64,000 nt of DNA, from NCBI GenBank assembly GCA_951406725.2, contig OX597819.1, forward strand, positions 23,002,001-23,066,000. Direction: 5' to 3'. Source of the DNA: Octopus vulgaris (lineage: Eukaryota). Under the pieces are notes generated by a model, which saw only the letters and a program-made list of their open reading frames with translations, had not been told where the DNA came from and did no database searches. The position numbers were made by a program, and so were the translations under genes. Of the stretch, positions 1 to 15,319 are shown in pieces (the stretch's first letter is position 1; every line of letters starts with the position of its first letter).

Positions 1-95
1 GCAGCAACGGTTGTGAAGCGATGGTAGGTGGGGGACAAATACACACACACACACGCCTTCACACACAAACACACACACACTCACACGCGCGGGCA

Positions 96-181
<86 letters not shown>

Positions 182-184
<3 letters not shown>

Positions 185-840
185 TAATATAGGATGGAGT
201 TTTTTTACAGAAAAAAATTTCAGCAAAAAATGTGGCAGCATATCAAAATACCTTTAAAAGTTAAAATTATAAACAACTTATCAACTAGGGAAAAAGAAAA
301 TTATTTCTATGCCAATATGCTGATAACAGACTTTTAAATCGTCAAGTTCCACATATTATTATATACCCACTACAGAAATACGTTGTGCTGAAATCGAAGA
401 AAGCTAGCCAAAAGAATTTTTTAAAAAAAGTTCGTTATTTCTATATTGAATCAATTTCGGAATTAATCTCATAATAGATTTTTTCCTCGTCAGTAGAAAA
501 TACGAATAGAAATAAATGAAACACCTACATGCGCGCATAAAAAAAACGCCGAAGCAAAAATCATGAATATACATAAGCACCCCAGATATATCTAAATATA
601 AAATCCTTTGGTTAGTCTCAGCACATGTGTGAACCGTTCTCCACTACAGCTTATAGTAGTTACCAGTTCCTATAGCGAATAGTAATAAATCTACTACTAA
701 TATAGGATGAAGTTTTTTACAGAAAAAAATTCCATCGAAAGGTGTGGCAGCATATTAACATACCTTTAAATGTTAAAATTCTAAACAACTTATAAACAAG
801 GGCAAAAGAAAATTATTTCTATGCCAATATGCTGATAACA
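182..840. repeat. ~147-bp direct repeat pair (182-328 and 695-840), unclassified repeat terminus next to (TA)n
   Basis: TACTAATATAGGATG...GCCAATATGCTGATAACA occurs twice about 513 bp apart. The second copy abuts an RTE fragment. Confidence 0.8.
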
Positions 841-1610
841 CCTACCTTGGCAGCACACTCTCTAGAAATGTTGTCGTTGATGACAAAATCAACGCCAGAC
901 ACGCCAAGGCAAGGGTTGCATTCGGCAGGCTACGCAGGACTGTCTGGGAAGGAGGAGGATCACCATCATGACAAAGATCAAGGTGTACCGGGCTGTTGTT
1001 CTCACAACGCTACTGGACGGTCTACCAGCGTCATGCCAGGAAGCTGAACCACTTTTATACAATACGCATCAGAAAACTTCTCAGCAAGACAGGATATCGG
1101 ACACCGAAGTACTAATACGTGCTAACCTGCCCAGTATCCAAACCATCTTGAGGCAGTCTCAGCTTCGCTGGGCAGGGCACGTAGCTCGCATGTCAGACGA
1201 TCTGTTACCAAAAAGATTGCTCTTTGGCGAGCTGCAAAAGGGAAAGCGCTCACAAGGCGGTCAACCGAAGCGCTTTAAGGACACCCTAAAAGCCTCACTG
1301 AAAGCCTTCAACATCTACCATAACACTTGGGTGCAGTCTGCTCTAGACAGATAATGGTGGCGATCAGCTGTCCACAAAGGTGCCAACACATGCCAGACCA
1401 ATAGGATCACTGCTGCAGAAGACCGCAGACAAGCCAGGAAGATAAGAGCTAACAACCCTGTAGCAGGTGCTACCGTTCACTGTCCATACTGTCAAAGACT
1501 CTTTCGGACGTAGATTGGCCCCACTAGCCATCTGCAGACTCAGAAAAACAAGCCCACCCCTACTCCAAGATGACTAGATGGTCTTCGTCGCATCGGCGGA
1601 CAAACTACCG
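841..1610 (+). mobile_element. 5'-truncated, frameshifted RTE-clade LINE (RT C-terminus and 3' end)
   Basis: ORF 968-1354 contains SQLRWAGHVARMSDDLLPKRLLFGELQKGKRSQGGQPKRFKDTLKASLK, a typical RTE C-terminal motif. A degenerate CPYC...SHL zinc motif follows downstream. Confidence 0.9.
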
Positions 1611-1755
1611 CGTATGTGTTTGTGGGTGTGTATGTGTGTGTGAGTGTGTTGTATTTATCAGGGGTTCTGTGTGTGTCCGTGTGTGTTTGGTTTATCCGGG
1701 TGGTGTGTATGTGTGTGCGTGTACGTTCTGTACATGCTGGTACTGAGTATGCGTT

Positions 1756-1838
<83 letters not shown>

Positions 1839-2228
1839 ATATGGTTTATGTAGTTTCCGGGTGTGTGTCTGCTGTATTTGTGAGTGGTTTGTTTTGTTTG
1901 TATTGTTAGTGCAGTGTGTGTGTATACGTGTGGGTGTGTTTGAGTGAGTGTGTTTGAGTGAGTGTGTCTATGTGTCTTGTATTTGTCGGGGAGGTGCGTG
2001 TCATTGTGTGTGCATGCTTGTGTATATGTGTGTGTATGTCTGTGTATTTCTGAGTGATTCTTGTGAATGTTGGGATTGTATTGTATGTATATGTGCATGT
2101 TTTTTTTCTTTTGTGTGTGTGTGCTTTTTACTTGGGAACGGGCATATGGTGTTTGCGTGTGTATATATATATATATATATATTCAACTTACATTGAAAGT
2201 AAGTAAAGTTTTTCTTTAGAACCGTTGA

Positions 2229-2648
2229 AAGATACAGAAAATAATTTATTCTCAAAGGCATGATAATGCTAACACAATAGCATGAACATGATAAACTATC
2301 TATATATCGCAGAAAAATCGTTACCAGCCAGACATGTGACTCGAACTCACATACTTGTGATTACGCATAAAGTACTTTACCTTTGTTTACTTTCATCTTA
2401 AGTTGAATTTAACGTTAGCACCTTATAAAACTAGATTTATAAATCCTAAAATTGCAGAACAATTTGTTACTGGACAGTTTAGTTTAGCTTAAAGGTAAAC
2501 TACTTGACGCGTAATCACAGAAATGTGAGTTCGAGTCTCATGGCTGGCCAGTAACGACTTTTATCTGCAATATATGTATAGCTTATCTTGTTCATGCTAT
2601 TGCATTAGAATCACCATGCGTTTGAAAATACATTATTTTCTGTATCTT
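2229..2648. repeat. Fold-back element with ~155-bp inverted arms containing a tRNA-like head
   Basis: 2229-2384 is an imperfect reverse complement of 2491-2648. The right arm carries a TGACGCGTAATCA anticodon-like arm and a GAGTTCGAGTCTC B-box-like motif. Confidence 0.8.
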
Positions 2649-2669
2649 ATCTATCTATCTATCTATCTA

Positions 2670-2763
<94 letters not shown>

Positions 2764-3309
2764 TTGATATATATATATGTATATGTATACACACATATGT
2801 GTGTGAGGTGCCTACTTCTGGAATGGTAGGATGTGTAAAAACACGGCTATGGTGTTCGTGAGAAACAATAACATGTACATTACATGCAATTTAAAGTTCA
2901 CAAAGTATGAAATGAAACTTAAGATTACTCTACTAACAGACAACAGTTGCAAGACTGATTTAGACACGAAATGGATCGGTAAAAAAGAAAAAAATGTGAA
3001 AACCTGATGTTATTCATGATTGATCATGGATAGCGAACACATAATGTGAATCGCAGCTCCCATTTCCTTTGCATTGAAAGTGTTATTGGTTAGTATTAAA
3101 CTTGCAGTTAACTATAATTGTAGCAACTGAGGTGGGTCGAAGTGATCTAAGATAGATTACACTTCTCGAAAACAACATCAACAGATTAAGAGAAATATCA
3201 AACAAGTCGGTATTCATCACTTGAGATGAAGTGAATAATATATTTTGTTGTATTTCAAGAGGGTCACTCTGCCAATAATGAAAATACGCACTGGCTCTAT
3301 TTCACTTCG

Positions 3310-3524
3310 AAGGCGGCAAGCTGGCTGAATCATCAGCACGCCGGACAAAATTCTTTGCGGCATTTCCTCCGTTTTTGTGTTTCGAATTGAAATGCCACCG
3401 AGGTCGACTTTGTCTTTCATTCTTTCCGGGTCGATTTAATTAATACAATTTACGCAATGGAGTCAATGTAATCGACAACCCCACTCCCGCCCAAATTCCA
3501 GGCCTTAAACCTATAGTAGAAAGG

Positions 3525-3530
<6 letters not shown>
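3310..3530 (+). mobile_element. tRNA-headed SINE family A (Meta-domain-like middle), (ATT)n-type tail
   Basis: GGCGGCAAGCTGGCTGAATC head, GTCGACTTTGTCTTTCATTCTTTCCGGGTCGAT middle, ends in (ATT)n. Confidence 0.8.
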
Positions 3531-3586
<56 letters not shown>

Positions 3587-3619
3587 CATTATTATTATAA
3601 TTATTATTATTATTATTAC

Positions 3620-3928
3620 TTTTTTTTTCTTCTTTCAAATTTTCTTCCATTTCTTGCCGAGTGTCTTCCCGACTCCTAGGGCAAAGAAACTCATAGTGTA
3701 TACTGGTAGGCCATTAAACCAAACTCAGTAGTTCGTTCATATTTTTTTTTTTTTTTTTTAAGTTAAATTAAAATACATGAGCAGCAACAGTTCTCACATC
3801 GACAATGCTCTTCTCAATACGTGTGATGTACCAGTTAAGACAATCTTTTGCACTTCTTGCAGGGATGGTAAGCCAGGGATCATTCTCATATAATTTTCGG
3901 TTCCCTTCTTTGGTTCCCTTCGGTTCCC

Positions 3929-3930
<2 letters not shown>
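3620..3930 (-). mobile_element. R4/Dong-like LINE 3' end within (TAA)n
   Basis: The minus strand translates as MIPGLPSLQEVQKIVLTGTSHVLRRALSM*, the same C-terminal motif seen at 14.0-14.6 kb. Flanked by (TTA)n on both sides. Confidence 0.75.
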
Positions 3931-3995
<65 letters not shown>

Positions 3996-4009
3996 CATTA
4001 ACACACACA

Positions 4010-4057
<48 letters not shown>

Positions 4058-5385
4058 CACACATACACACTACAGGGTTCCCCGCAGTTTCTGTCTACCT
4101 AATTCTTTCACAAGGCATTAGATGGTCCGTTATTATTGTAGGAGACACTTTCTGAGGGTATCACGCAACGGGACTGAAGTCGAAACCTCGTGTTTGTAAA
4201 GCGAACTGCTCGAGTATACACCCATGACGGCGCCTGTAGATAAGAAATAAAATAAAATCGCGTGTGTGTGTGTGTGCGTGTGTTAGTGTATATATGAAAT
4301 AAAATCATATCTGAGATAACAAGTAATAGTTTCTAACAGTAAAACACGGTAACTATGCCGTGAGCAAAGGTGAGCTGCAACGTCATAAACAATCCTGACC
4401 ACATGGAAAGTAGCATTAGCGAATTGCAGTAACCATATGTTTAGTCTCTGAAATAAAACACTTGATTCTGTCCTTTGTTCAAGGATACTGCAGTAACCTC
4501 TGTACTTTATCGATTCCATAGGAAGCCTGACTACAACCTTGTTCATACGTTTGTCACTGGAATCTAAAGTAGGTGCAATTGTCATAAGCAGATTCAGTTT
4601 ATTAATGGATTTATAGTAGGTGGACGAGTTTGCTATGTAGCTGTTTATCATGTCTGTGAATCAGAAGTAAGTCCAGTTGAAGAAAGGTAGAATCTATGTA
4701 CTTTGACAAGCAAAGAACAAAATCAATGGACGCCACAGTTATTTTTTTTTTCTCTATCAAAGATCTGAGGTTGTTCTCTGCTCATTTGCTTGGCGCCAAG
4801 ATATAATTACAGTTGGTCACAATGTTATCATAGGATATTGGAACGGAAATTATCCATGATAAGTGTTTGTGTCTGGCGATCGATCGAGATAAAATCGTTG
4901 GCCAGGCAACACACATTTACAAATGGGGTATCAATCGCACCTGTTTTCTATGGCTAGTTGCTATAATCATACCGAAGTATTATTAGAGCTTTAAGTAAAC
5001 CTAATGTGACAGATTAATGCTTCAGTAGGCTTTGGAAGAACTGGAAGTTAGGGATATCTTTCTGCAGTAAATCAATTTCGTCTATGATTTACTAGGTTTA
5101 CAGAAACTGAGTTGGATACTTGAAAACTTTACTTTTAGTCCTTCAAGAACAGGAAAATTATAAACATTCTTAGTAAACTTGTTTATGATCTTCCTGGTGT
5201 TGAACTAAAAGTAAAGATTTCGAGAAGCCAACTCTGTTTCTGAAATACTATTCAATCAGTTGAGACAGTGAGATCTATCTCTACAGGAGGTTCTCAGTCA
5301 CGATCATAAGTGTAGGTGATTGGTGCTTCCCGACTAAAGCGACTAATCTTGTGTGACAAGAATGCCAGGTATACTCTGTACTTAT

Positions 5386-5789
5386 AATAATGGTTTCAAA
5401 TTTTGCCACAAGGACAGCAATTTTGGGGGAAGAAATGAGTCGATTACATGGACCTCAGTGTTGAACTGATACTTTATTTATCGACCCCGAAAGGATGAAA
5501 AGCAAAGTCGACCTCGGCGGAATTTGAACTCAGAACGCGAAGACGGGCGAAATACCTATTTCTTTACTACCCACAAGGGGCTAAACACAGAGGGTACAAA
5601 CAAGGACAGACATAGGTATTAAGTCGATTACATCGACCGCAGTCCGTAACTGGTACTTAATTTATCGACCCCGAAAGGATAAAAGGCAAAGTCGACCTTG
5701 GCGGAATTTGAACTCACAACGTAACGACGGGCGAAATACCAATAAGCATTTCGCCCGGCGTGCTAACGTTTCTGCCAGCTCACCGCCTT
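5386..5789 (-). mobile_element. SINE family A tandem dimer with 12-bp TSD
   Basis: One head (GGCGGTGAGCTGGCAGAAACG; B box GAGTTCAAATTCC) followed by two middle/tail units. CTCTGTACTTAT is duplicated at 5374-5385 and 5790-5801. Confidence 0.9.
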
Positions 5790-7105
5790 CTCTGTACTTA
5801 TGGTAATAAATATATTACATACGGGCAGTCGTCCACTTTTTCCAAGCAAGGGTGGAGGAGTTAAGTCAGTACTCTACACACTATTATTTATAGCTCTCTC
5901 TACTTCGAGTTTCACCGTTAAAAAAATGATTTACCTCATATTTCTCGAACTTTCTATAAATCCTTATGAAGTAAAAAAAAAAAAAAGCATACTAATTCTC
6001 GCAAAGAACAAAGCTTCTAAAATGAATGGAGAAAATTCAAAGGATTGCATTATTATAATGGTAGGGCGTCTGTCATATTTACAGAAACTGTGGGGTCGAA
6101 TCCCATTAGCAATTATTTAGCTTTTATTTTTAGTTTTATCTACTTCAAGTTACACCGTTAAAAACGATTTATATCACAACTACCCTTTTACACTAATGGT
6201 AAAAGTCACAGCTTTTCCCTCCTATCATAATAGACCACAATACGTAATATTCCATTCTCTCAATCGACCTTAGAATTTAGATTTTGATTTGAAAATCTCC
6301 AATAATTGAACTACTTCCTTGCTTCGAGTTAATCAATACTAGAAAATTGTTTCTATTTTTTTTCTTCTAATTTATAAATTCAGTTACAAAAAAACCCAAC
6401 AACAATGAATTAGATGTAATTAAATAAAAAAACTACAAAAGTGAATATATTAGTTGTTTTAATCTAGTTTTCTGCGACATTTGTTCTTTCAACAACCCAC
6501 TTGCCATAATTGAACTCAACGTTTATATATATATATCTAACTTCACCGACACTAGAAATGTCACCATAGCAATAATATAACATAATAACGACATAATGAA
6601 ATGTTTCTCTTGACAAGTTAAGATAAACTAATATGATTAGCAAATACAGAACGAATATGAAAAGACATTTCATCGCAAACGTTTGACTTAATAGCAAATT
6701 AACACATTGATTAAGAAATAAATATTCATATAAGCAAATATCAAATTAGATGAGAAAGGAAACAAACGGATGTCTTTATAAAGAAATTCGCATCCCCTAA
6801 AGAAATAATTCCTACACTAAGTAGTTCAAGATTAAAATTTTGTTTTCTTTTTCTCTCTAATGACAGAAGGCAGGAAAAGACAGGGGAAATATAGCCTTTT
6901 TCATTTATTTGGGCTGCAGCCGTGCCGGAGCATCGCTCTGAATGGTGTAATAGAATAAATAAAAAGCAGTCACATATTTTATAAAGCCTGATAATTATTC
7001 TACCGGTTTCTTGTGTCAAGTCGCTTAGTTATGAGGACATAAACAAAGCAACGCCGGTTGTCAAATGGTGATGGAGGACACGCATAAACGCAAAGACACA
7101 CACAC

Positions 7106-7173
<68 letters not shown>

Positions 7174-7237
7174 TACATATATATATACACACAATATACA
7201 TACATACACACATACATATATATATATACATATATAC

Positions 7238-7298
<61 letters not shown>

Positions 7299-7726
7299 AT
7301 ATACATACATACACACATACATATATATTTTTGTGTGTATGCGTGTGTGTGTGTGTGCGTGCGTAATTATAGGATCTGAGGATCTAAGTGTAAGAAGTTT
7401 GTAAGCTACGACCAGTCCTTGGTAGGTATACAAAAAAAAAATCAACGCTCAGGAACAATAATAATTTTTGGGGTGAGGGTTCTAGGCTTTTCCCATCTCG
7501 AGGATCGTTAAGCTGAAAAAAAAAAGATCAGAACATATCTTCGGCGAGTTATCTTGGAATTTTTTAACGGCAATGTATTCTTCATATAATTGAGGTATAC
7601 TCAGCCAGATGAGTAGCTAGCTGATTACTTCCCATACTCCCCATTGAGCAATTATTACATCAGAGGATTTACTAGCTAGGAGACATATGTAACCTGGATT
7701 TTATCTACTCTATTCCATCAATTTGG

Positions 7727-7772
<46 letters not shown>

Positions 7773-7794
7773 AGAGAGAGAGAGAGAGGACTTC

Positions 7795-7945
7795 TTTTCA
7801 ATTTACGTCTACCAAATCTACTCACAAGAATTTGGTCGGCTTGGGACTAAAGTAGAAGACACCTCCACCTGGTGTCATTCACTTGGACTGAACTCGGAAC
7901 CATGTTGCTGTTGATGGAAAGCAAACTTGTTACCACGCAGCCACT
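7795..7945 (-). mobile_element. tRNA/CORE-like SINE family B, head fragment
   Basis: Matches the family B head GTGGCTGCGTGGTA...GAGTTCAGTCC...GATTTGGTAGACG, also seen at 32071 and 32605. Confidence 0.7.
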
Positions 7946-8337
7946 TATGTTTAGGAATTCTATATAAAGAAGTAAATTTAAAGATGTTTACCCTATTTTG
8001 TTAGTAAGAAACGATAAAACAGTTGTATTTGACAGAAATATTTGACATTTACTGAGCGGCAAATATCTATGCGATTGTAGTAGTGGTTTATACTGATATA
8101 TAAGTCAATAACCTACAATAATTTTATATCTTCAACCAATCTCAAATATTTACAATAGAAAACTACAAACTTACTAACGCCATCTCTTAGCTCAATTCTC
8201 TAATCAGCTTTACTAAATCCTAAATATTTCTGAAGCCAACGTTATTAGCCGACTTCGACTTAACGTTCATCTGACAGACGATAATATCAGCTTGAAACGA
8301 TGATCGTTCTGATAATGCATTGAATTGAAATAAACAG

Positions 8338-8466
<129 letters not shown>

Positions 8467-8619
8467 CATATATATACATATATGTATATACATGTATATA
8501 TATACATATATGTATATATATGTATATATATATAATTTATATAGATAGATAGATGGATAGATAAACGCACATACATACATACATGCATACACATACATAC
8601 ATGCACACACATACATACA

Positions 8620-8672
<53 letters not shown>

Positions 8673-9228
8673 CAACACACACACATATTTATATATACAC
8701 ACACAAATGTGTGTATTGGCACTGATTGACGCACACAAAATCGCCTATAATCATTCAAAAATATATGTTCGATGATTATTTTCCAGATGTCTACTGACTC
8801 ACGAGTCTCGCTATGAGTTCTGGAGTCGAATGTGAAGAATATAGAGAAATATCTGATCAAAAACTCGTGCTTCGGTTGTCGTCCTATTCTGTAAGTCTTG
8901 CACAGGAAGTACTTTGTTTCTCTTAATGTATACAGATAAAAGTGGCTACCACTGAAGTAAAGGAATAAAGGATGTTTTAGAGATGGAGACAGAATTCATG
9001 CATGCATGTATGTATGGGTGTATGTATGTATGTATGGATGGATGGATGGATGGATGGATGGTTGAATGGATGGATGGTGAGTGGATGGATGGATGAATGG
9101 AGGAAGGGTGGATAAAGGTATGTATGAATCTGTCTGTATATGTGTGTGTATACATAGGTATATATATATATTATATGTATACGTAAAAAATTTATAATAT
9201 ATGCTTATGTATATGTGCGCATATATAT

Positions 9229-9383
9229 ATATAACTGCCAACCACGTGTGACGTCCTATACAGGACAGTGCTACTGGTGTTTTAGCATCAGTAAGACATC
9301 TCTTCCAGCTAGCTAACGACAGGGGCTATAAATGTCAGTAGCACTGTCCTGTGTAGGACGCCACACTTGGTTGGGAGTTATAT
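9229..9383. repeat. Small hairpin element with ~58-bp inverted arms beside (TA)n
   Basis: 9229-9286 is an imperfect reverse complement of 9325-9383 (CAGGACAGTGCTACTG / CAGTAGCACTGTCCTG). Confidence 0.8.
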
Positions 9384-9718
9384 GTTACTATTCCCTATTG
9401 CTACTGTTCTATATCTCGCTCAGAGTTTCAATTTAGCATATACATATATATATATACTTATTTATTTATATTTAGATATCACTGGCTAAGACCTGTTTTT
9501 AGGCTTACCCTGGGTGTCTCGAGATAAAGAATATTTTCATGGCGTATCAGGAGACCCTATGTATTGAGGGGGAAACGAACCGGGTATAAGTAACGATCAT
9601 CTTTAGGTCGTCTTCAGGTCGTCATCGTCCTCCTTCTGCAACGCCACCTGTTTTTATTGGGTTACCTTGGGTTTCTCACCATTTTTTATAAATATATACA
9701 TACATACATACATACATG

Positions 9719-9754
<36 letters not shown>

Positions 9755-10039
9755 GAAATGAGGTAATCAGAATATCGGATGGTTTATATTTACAGATATT
9801 TATTTATATATTACATTTTTTACATATATACCATATCACTGAGATCATTAGCGCTTTCTCACATTCTAGTGGGGTTTTCAAATCAAAATAATTCCTTTGT
9901 GGGGAATTCTAATCATTTTATAGAGTTTCGTAGTGCTGGGGAGGAACATACATACATATGTATATATGTATGTATATATATATATATATGTGTGTGTGTG
10001 TATAGATACATGTATGTGATTGTATCTGTTTGTCAAATC

Positions 10040-11747
<1,708 letters not shown>

Positions 11748-12345
11748 TATACTGTTTGATTCTGTAAATCCAACTTTTCTACTATTTCTTCAGAAACATA
11801 TACATATGTGTCTATGCCTGAGTATGTGTCCATGCATGAGTGTATGTGTGTGTATATGTGTGCGTGTGTACTTGACTTTATGCGTGTTGATGTATGTAAT
11901 ATATGTATGCTGCATGTATCCAAAGGAGTGCATGGACGACCACATGTAATATGACTTCTGTGCATTGAACTAGTAAATGAAATTTATAAAGATACGTATA
12001 ACACATACAATAGTGAACGCAGGTAGAAATGTTGTATAGAGAAAGAAAAGACAGGGTGCTTTATCAAGAGAGTGGGAAAATGAACTAGAGTACTACAAAT
12101 TTGATTGGCCTTGTACATGCCGTAGGGAATGAATTGGAAATTGTGTTAAACTAGGAAATAATAGTTGTAATATAAGCTGGTAAGTTGAAATATGCAGTGC
12201 GTGGTTAGAGAGTGTGATGATGAAATTTTATTGGAAATTAATTCCCGTGAAGCTCAGAGTGCTGTTTCTGAGTAGAGAACGTAGAGAGTGAGAAATGAAG
12301 AGAGAGAAATTGACAGAGTTGTATAGGTGGAAGGATGAGTGAGTC

Positions 12346-12376
<31 letters not shown>

Positions 12377-13727
12377 AAGTTAGAAGTGGAGAAAGTGATG
12401 TAGGGCGAAAAAGAGAAAGGGATGTAGAATAAGAGAATAAAAGAAAGATATTGAGAGAATAATTGAAACGGAGTTAATAGAAGATATGAGAGAACATATA
12501 TTGTGTGCGTAAGATTAATGGAAAGAAAAGAAGGCAGGGAGAATAAAAGTGGAGAGTAAAGTGGATGGGAACAGCCTGAATGAGTAAGGTGTAATTAACA
12601 TTGAGATGAGGGTTGAGAAAAGTAGAGAAGAAGGAGGAAGAGAGAGAGAGAGAGAGAGAGAGATTGAATTTAATGTATTATTTAATCTTTCTTTTACTCA
12701 CACTTTCTTTTCAAGGAAACACGTGTAGGAAATGTAACCGAGTGAAAGAGACAGGAATAGAATTAAGAAGGAGAAAGAGACGGAGTGAGGGAAAGTTCAA
12801 GACGGAGATGGAGGGAGATGAAGCTTAAGGGTCAGTGAGGATGGGAGAAGGGTGCATGGTAGAAAATTTGATTGAAACAGAATGAGAGAAATAAAGGGGT
12901 AAAACAAGTAATTAAAAAGCTGGGGTGGAATTTCGATAAGATGTCATTTATATAGAGGTGTAGGTAAGATGATCGATGAATAGGATGTTGGAGGAGAATG
13001 AGAGAGCGGAGGAGTGTTAGAGATGAATTAAAGGGAGAAGCATGACAATGCAAGTATATTCCAAAAGAGGAGGGATAAGGAATGAATAAAATTGCAAAGG
13101 AACCAATAGTGAATTTTTGTGAAGTGTGGGCAGATATATAAGTATCAACAGAGTTTAAATAATAAGGTTATACTTTATAAAATAGACAAGAAAATGAGAG
13201 ATTGAAAATATATGAAGATATATCAGGAAGAAATTACTAAAGGAAAACACAAAAAAATGGGTGTATTTGTGTGAAATAGAGTAAGAAATAGAGAAAATAT
13301 TGTTGATATAATTGTTAAAAGCGTTAAGTGGAATAATAATGAATTCTGTGAGCCAATGTCTTTCTTTAAAAGAGAATTGTTCCCAGATGGGAATTTTCTT
13401 TTCTCTGAGCAACAAGTTAGCAATTGCCATTGTGTTGCTATTTTTCGCAGAAGAATGAAAATAAGGAACGCCATTTTCGTAATTAGGTGTAAAAACATTG
13501 AGTTCAAGGCTAGTTAAGAATTGGTAACTCAATTGCTTTTCATTTGTACGAAATTGATAAGCATGAATCATAGAGAAGACGGTTGACTCAATCAACAAAT
13601 AGGTCAATGGTTATTATTTCGCTTAGCTTCATTGGAATACAGAAAATAAAGAATAACAATCAGAGATTTTCTGCATGCGAGCTGGGAAGGTGTGTCTTCA
13701 AAATACAAATATCGTTGAAATTCAATA

Positions 13728-13778
<51 letters not shown>

Positions 13779-13833
13779 AATAATAATAATAATAATAATA
13801 ATAACAATAATAATAATAATAATAATAATAATA

Positions 13834-13945
13834 GTGATACATGTGCTTAGTGTACCTTTATCAGACAGGTAGTCATGATGGGCATACTGGGCTTCGTATA
13901 TTTTACCCCAGTGTCACTTTGATGGCATGCACTGCTCTCTCACTC

Positions 13946-14003
<58 letters not shown>

Positions 14004-14272
14004 GTAAAATGGCAGAAATTCAAAAGATAGTGCTCATGGGAACTGCCCATATCCTACGCAAAATACTTTTCTATGTAATCTCAAGTTTAAAACAAACACA
14101 TAATTTTCTTATGGTTTCTTAAACATTCCCTAGAACAACACTATGTACAAAACCAAATATATGGCACCCTAGGCATTACACCAACATGAACTTCCAATTT
14201 GTATCTTGAAGTCTCTGGGTGAGACTTGGAGCCAACTTGTACAGATATAAAGCAAAAGTCAAACATAGAATG

Positions 14273-14343
<71 letters not shown>

Positions 14344-14665
14344 GTGTCTCTAAAAGAAATGGAGAAACTTTCAAAATATAAAGACCTGGAAATGGAGGTA
14401 ACCAGAATGTGGAATCTAAAAACAGAAACAATTCCTATCATAGTAGGTGCATTAGGCATGATAAAAAAATATTCAGACAAATACATAACAAAAACACCAG
14501 GACTTACAAACACATATAACATACAGAAAATTGCACTACTAGGCACTGCACACATCCTACGCAGAACACCTTCCATACAATAACCATCAGAGCATCACAA
14601 CAAATCACAGCACATACCCAAGGCACACAGAGCTGCGCTCGGTAGTGAAGTGAAAGCACACTATA
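13834..14665 (+). mobile_element. Stack of R4/Dong-like LINE 3' ends separated by (TAA)n tracts
   Basis: 14004-14270 encodes AEIQKIVLMGTAHILRKIL. 14343-14583 encodes KEMEKLSKYKDLEMEVTRMW...IPIIVGALG...IQKIALLGTAHILRR (RLE-type C-terminus). 13834-13945 is a non-coding terminus-like segment. Confidence 0.85.
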
Positions 14666-14675
14666 AAAAAAAAAA

Positions 14676-14716
<41 letters not shown>

Positions 14717-15319
14717 CACTACTGTTACTGTTGCGGTTGTTCCTTCTACTACTGCTACTGGTATAACTTCTAATCTCACCCCCACATACAGTTTTTGTCA
14801 ACGTTTCTCCCTACTATCTCCGTTCTGCGGTCATGGACTGATAGTTCTTCTTTAAGGCGATTAATTTCTGACCTTTGCTATGCAACACAATGCTGAAAGA
14901 GATCCCGCTGAGAGAAGAGAGGAACAGAATGTATGTGAATTGCAACAAATGTCAAGTTAAATTACCAATTATATTCATAACCCTGAAGACTAGATGTATT
15001 GAGTAACAAGTTCGCCCGTAACCAGATGCGGTGACACCCTGTCAGTGACCAGGTTACAAGTGGTTCGACGAAAAGTTTGCCACTAAATAATAGACGTTTA
15101 AATATTTTTAATATTCATGTCTTTGAGTGAGTAATACGTGTCTTCCACGGTGTGTTTCCGTTAGCTTCAGCACAGTTTCAGACTAAATCAATTACGAGTC
15201 AAGTACATATCTGAATACACACACACATACATACACACATACATACATACATACATACACACACACATACATACATACGTACGCACATACATACATACAT
15301 ACAAACATACATTATTATT

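Noticed and set aside
4440-5350. Possible decayed Harbinger transposase or host exon (GAIDTP on the minus strand; ORF 4283-4651)
   Set aside because: Only one weak motif, with no TIRs or continuous frame.
12000-13600. GA-rich tract and ORF 13155-13607 as a gene
   Set aside because: Low complexity. At most a very decayed PLE 3' end on the minus strand, too weak to call.
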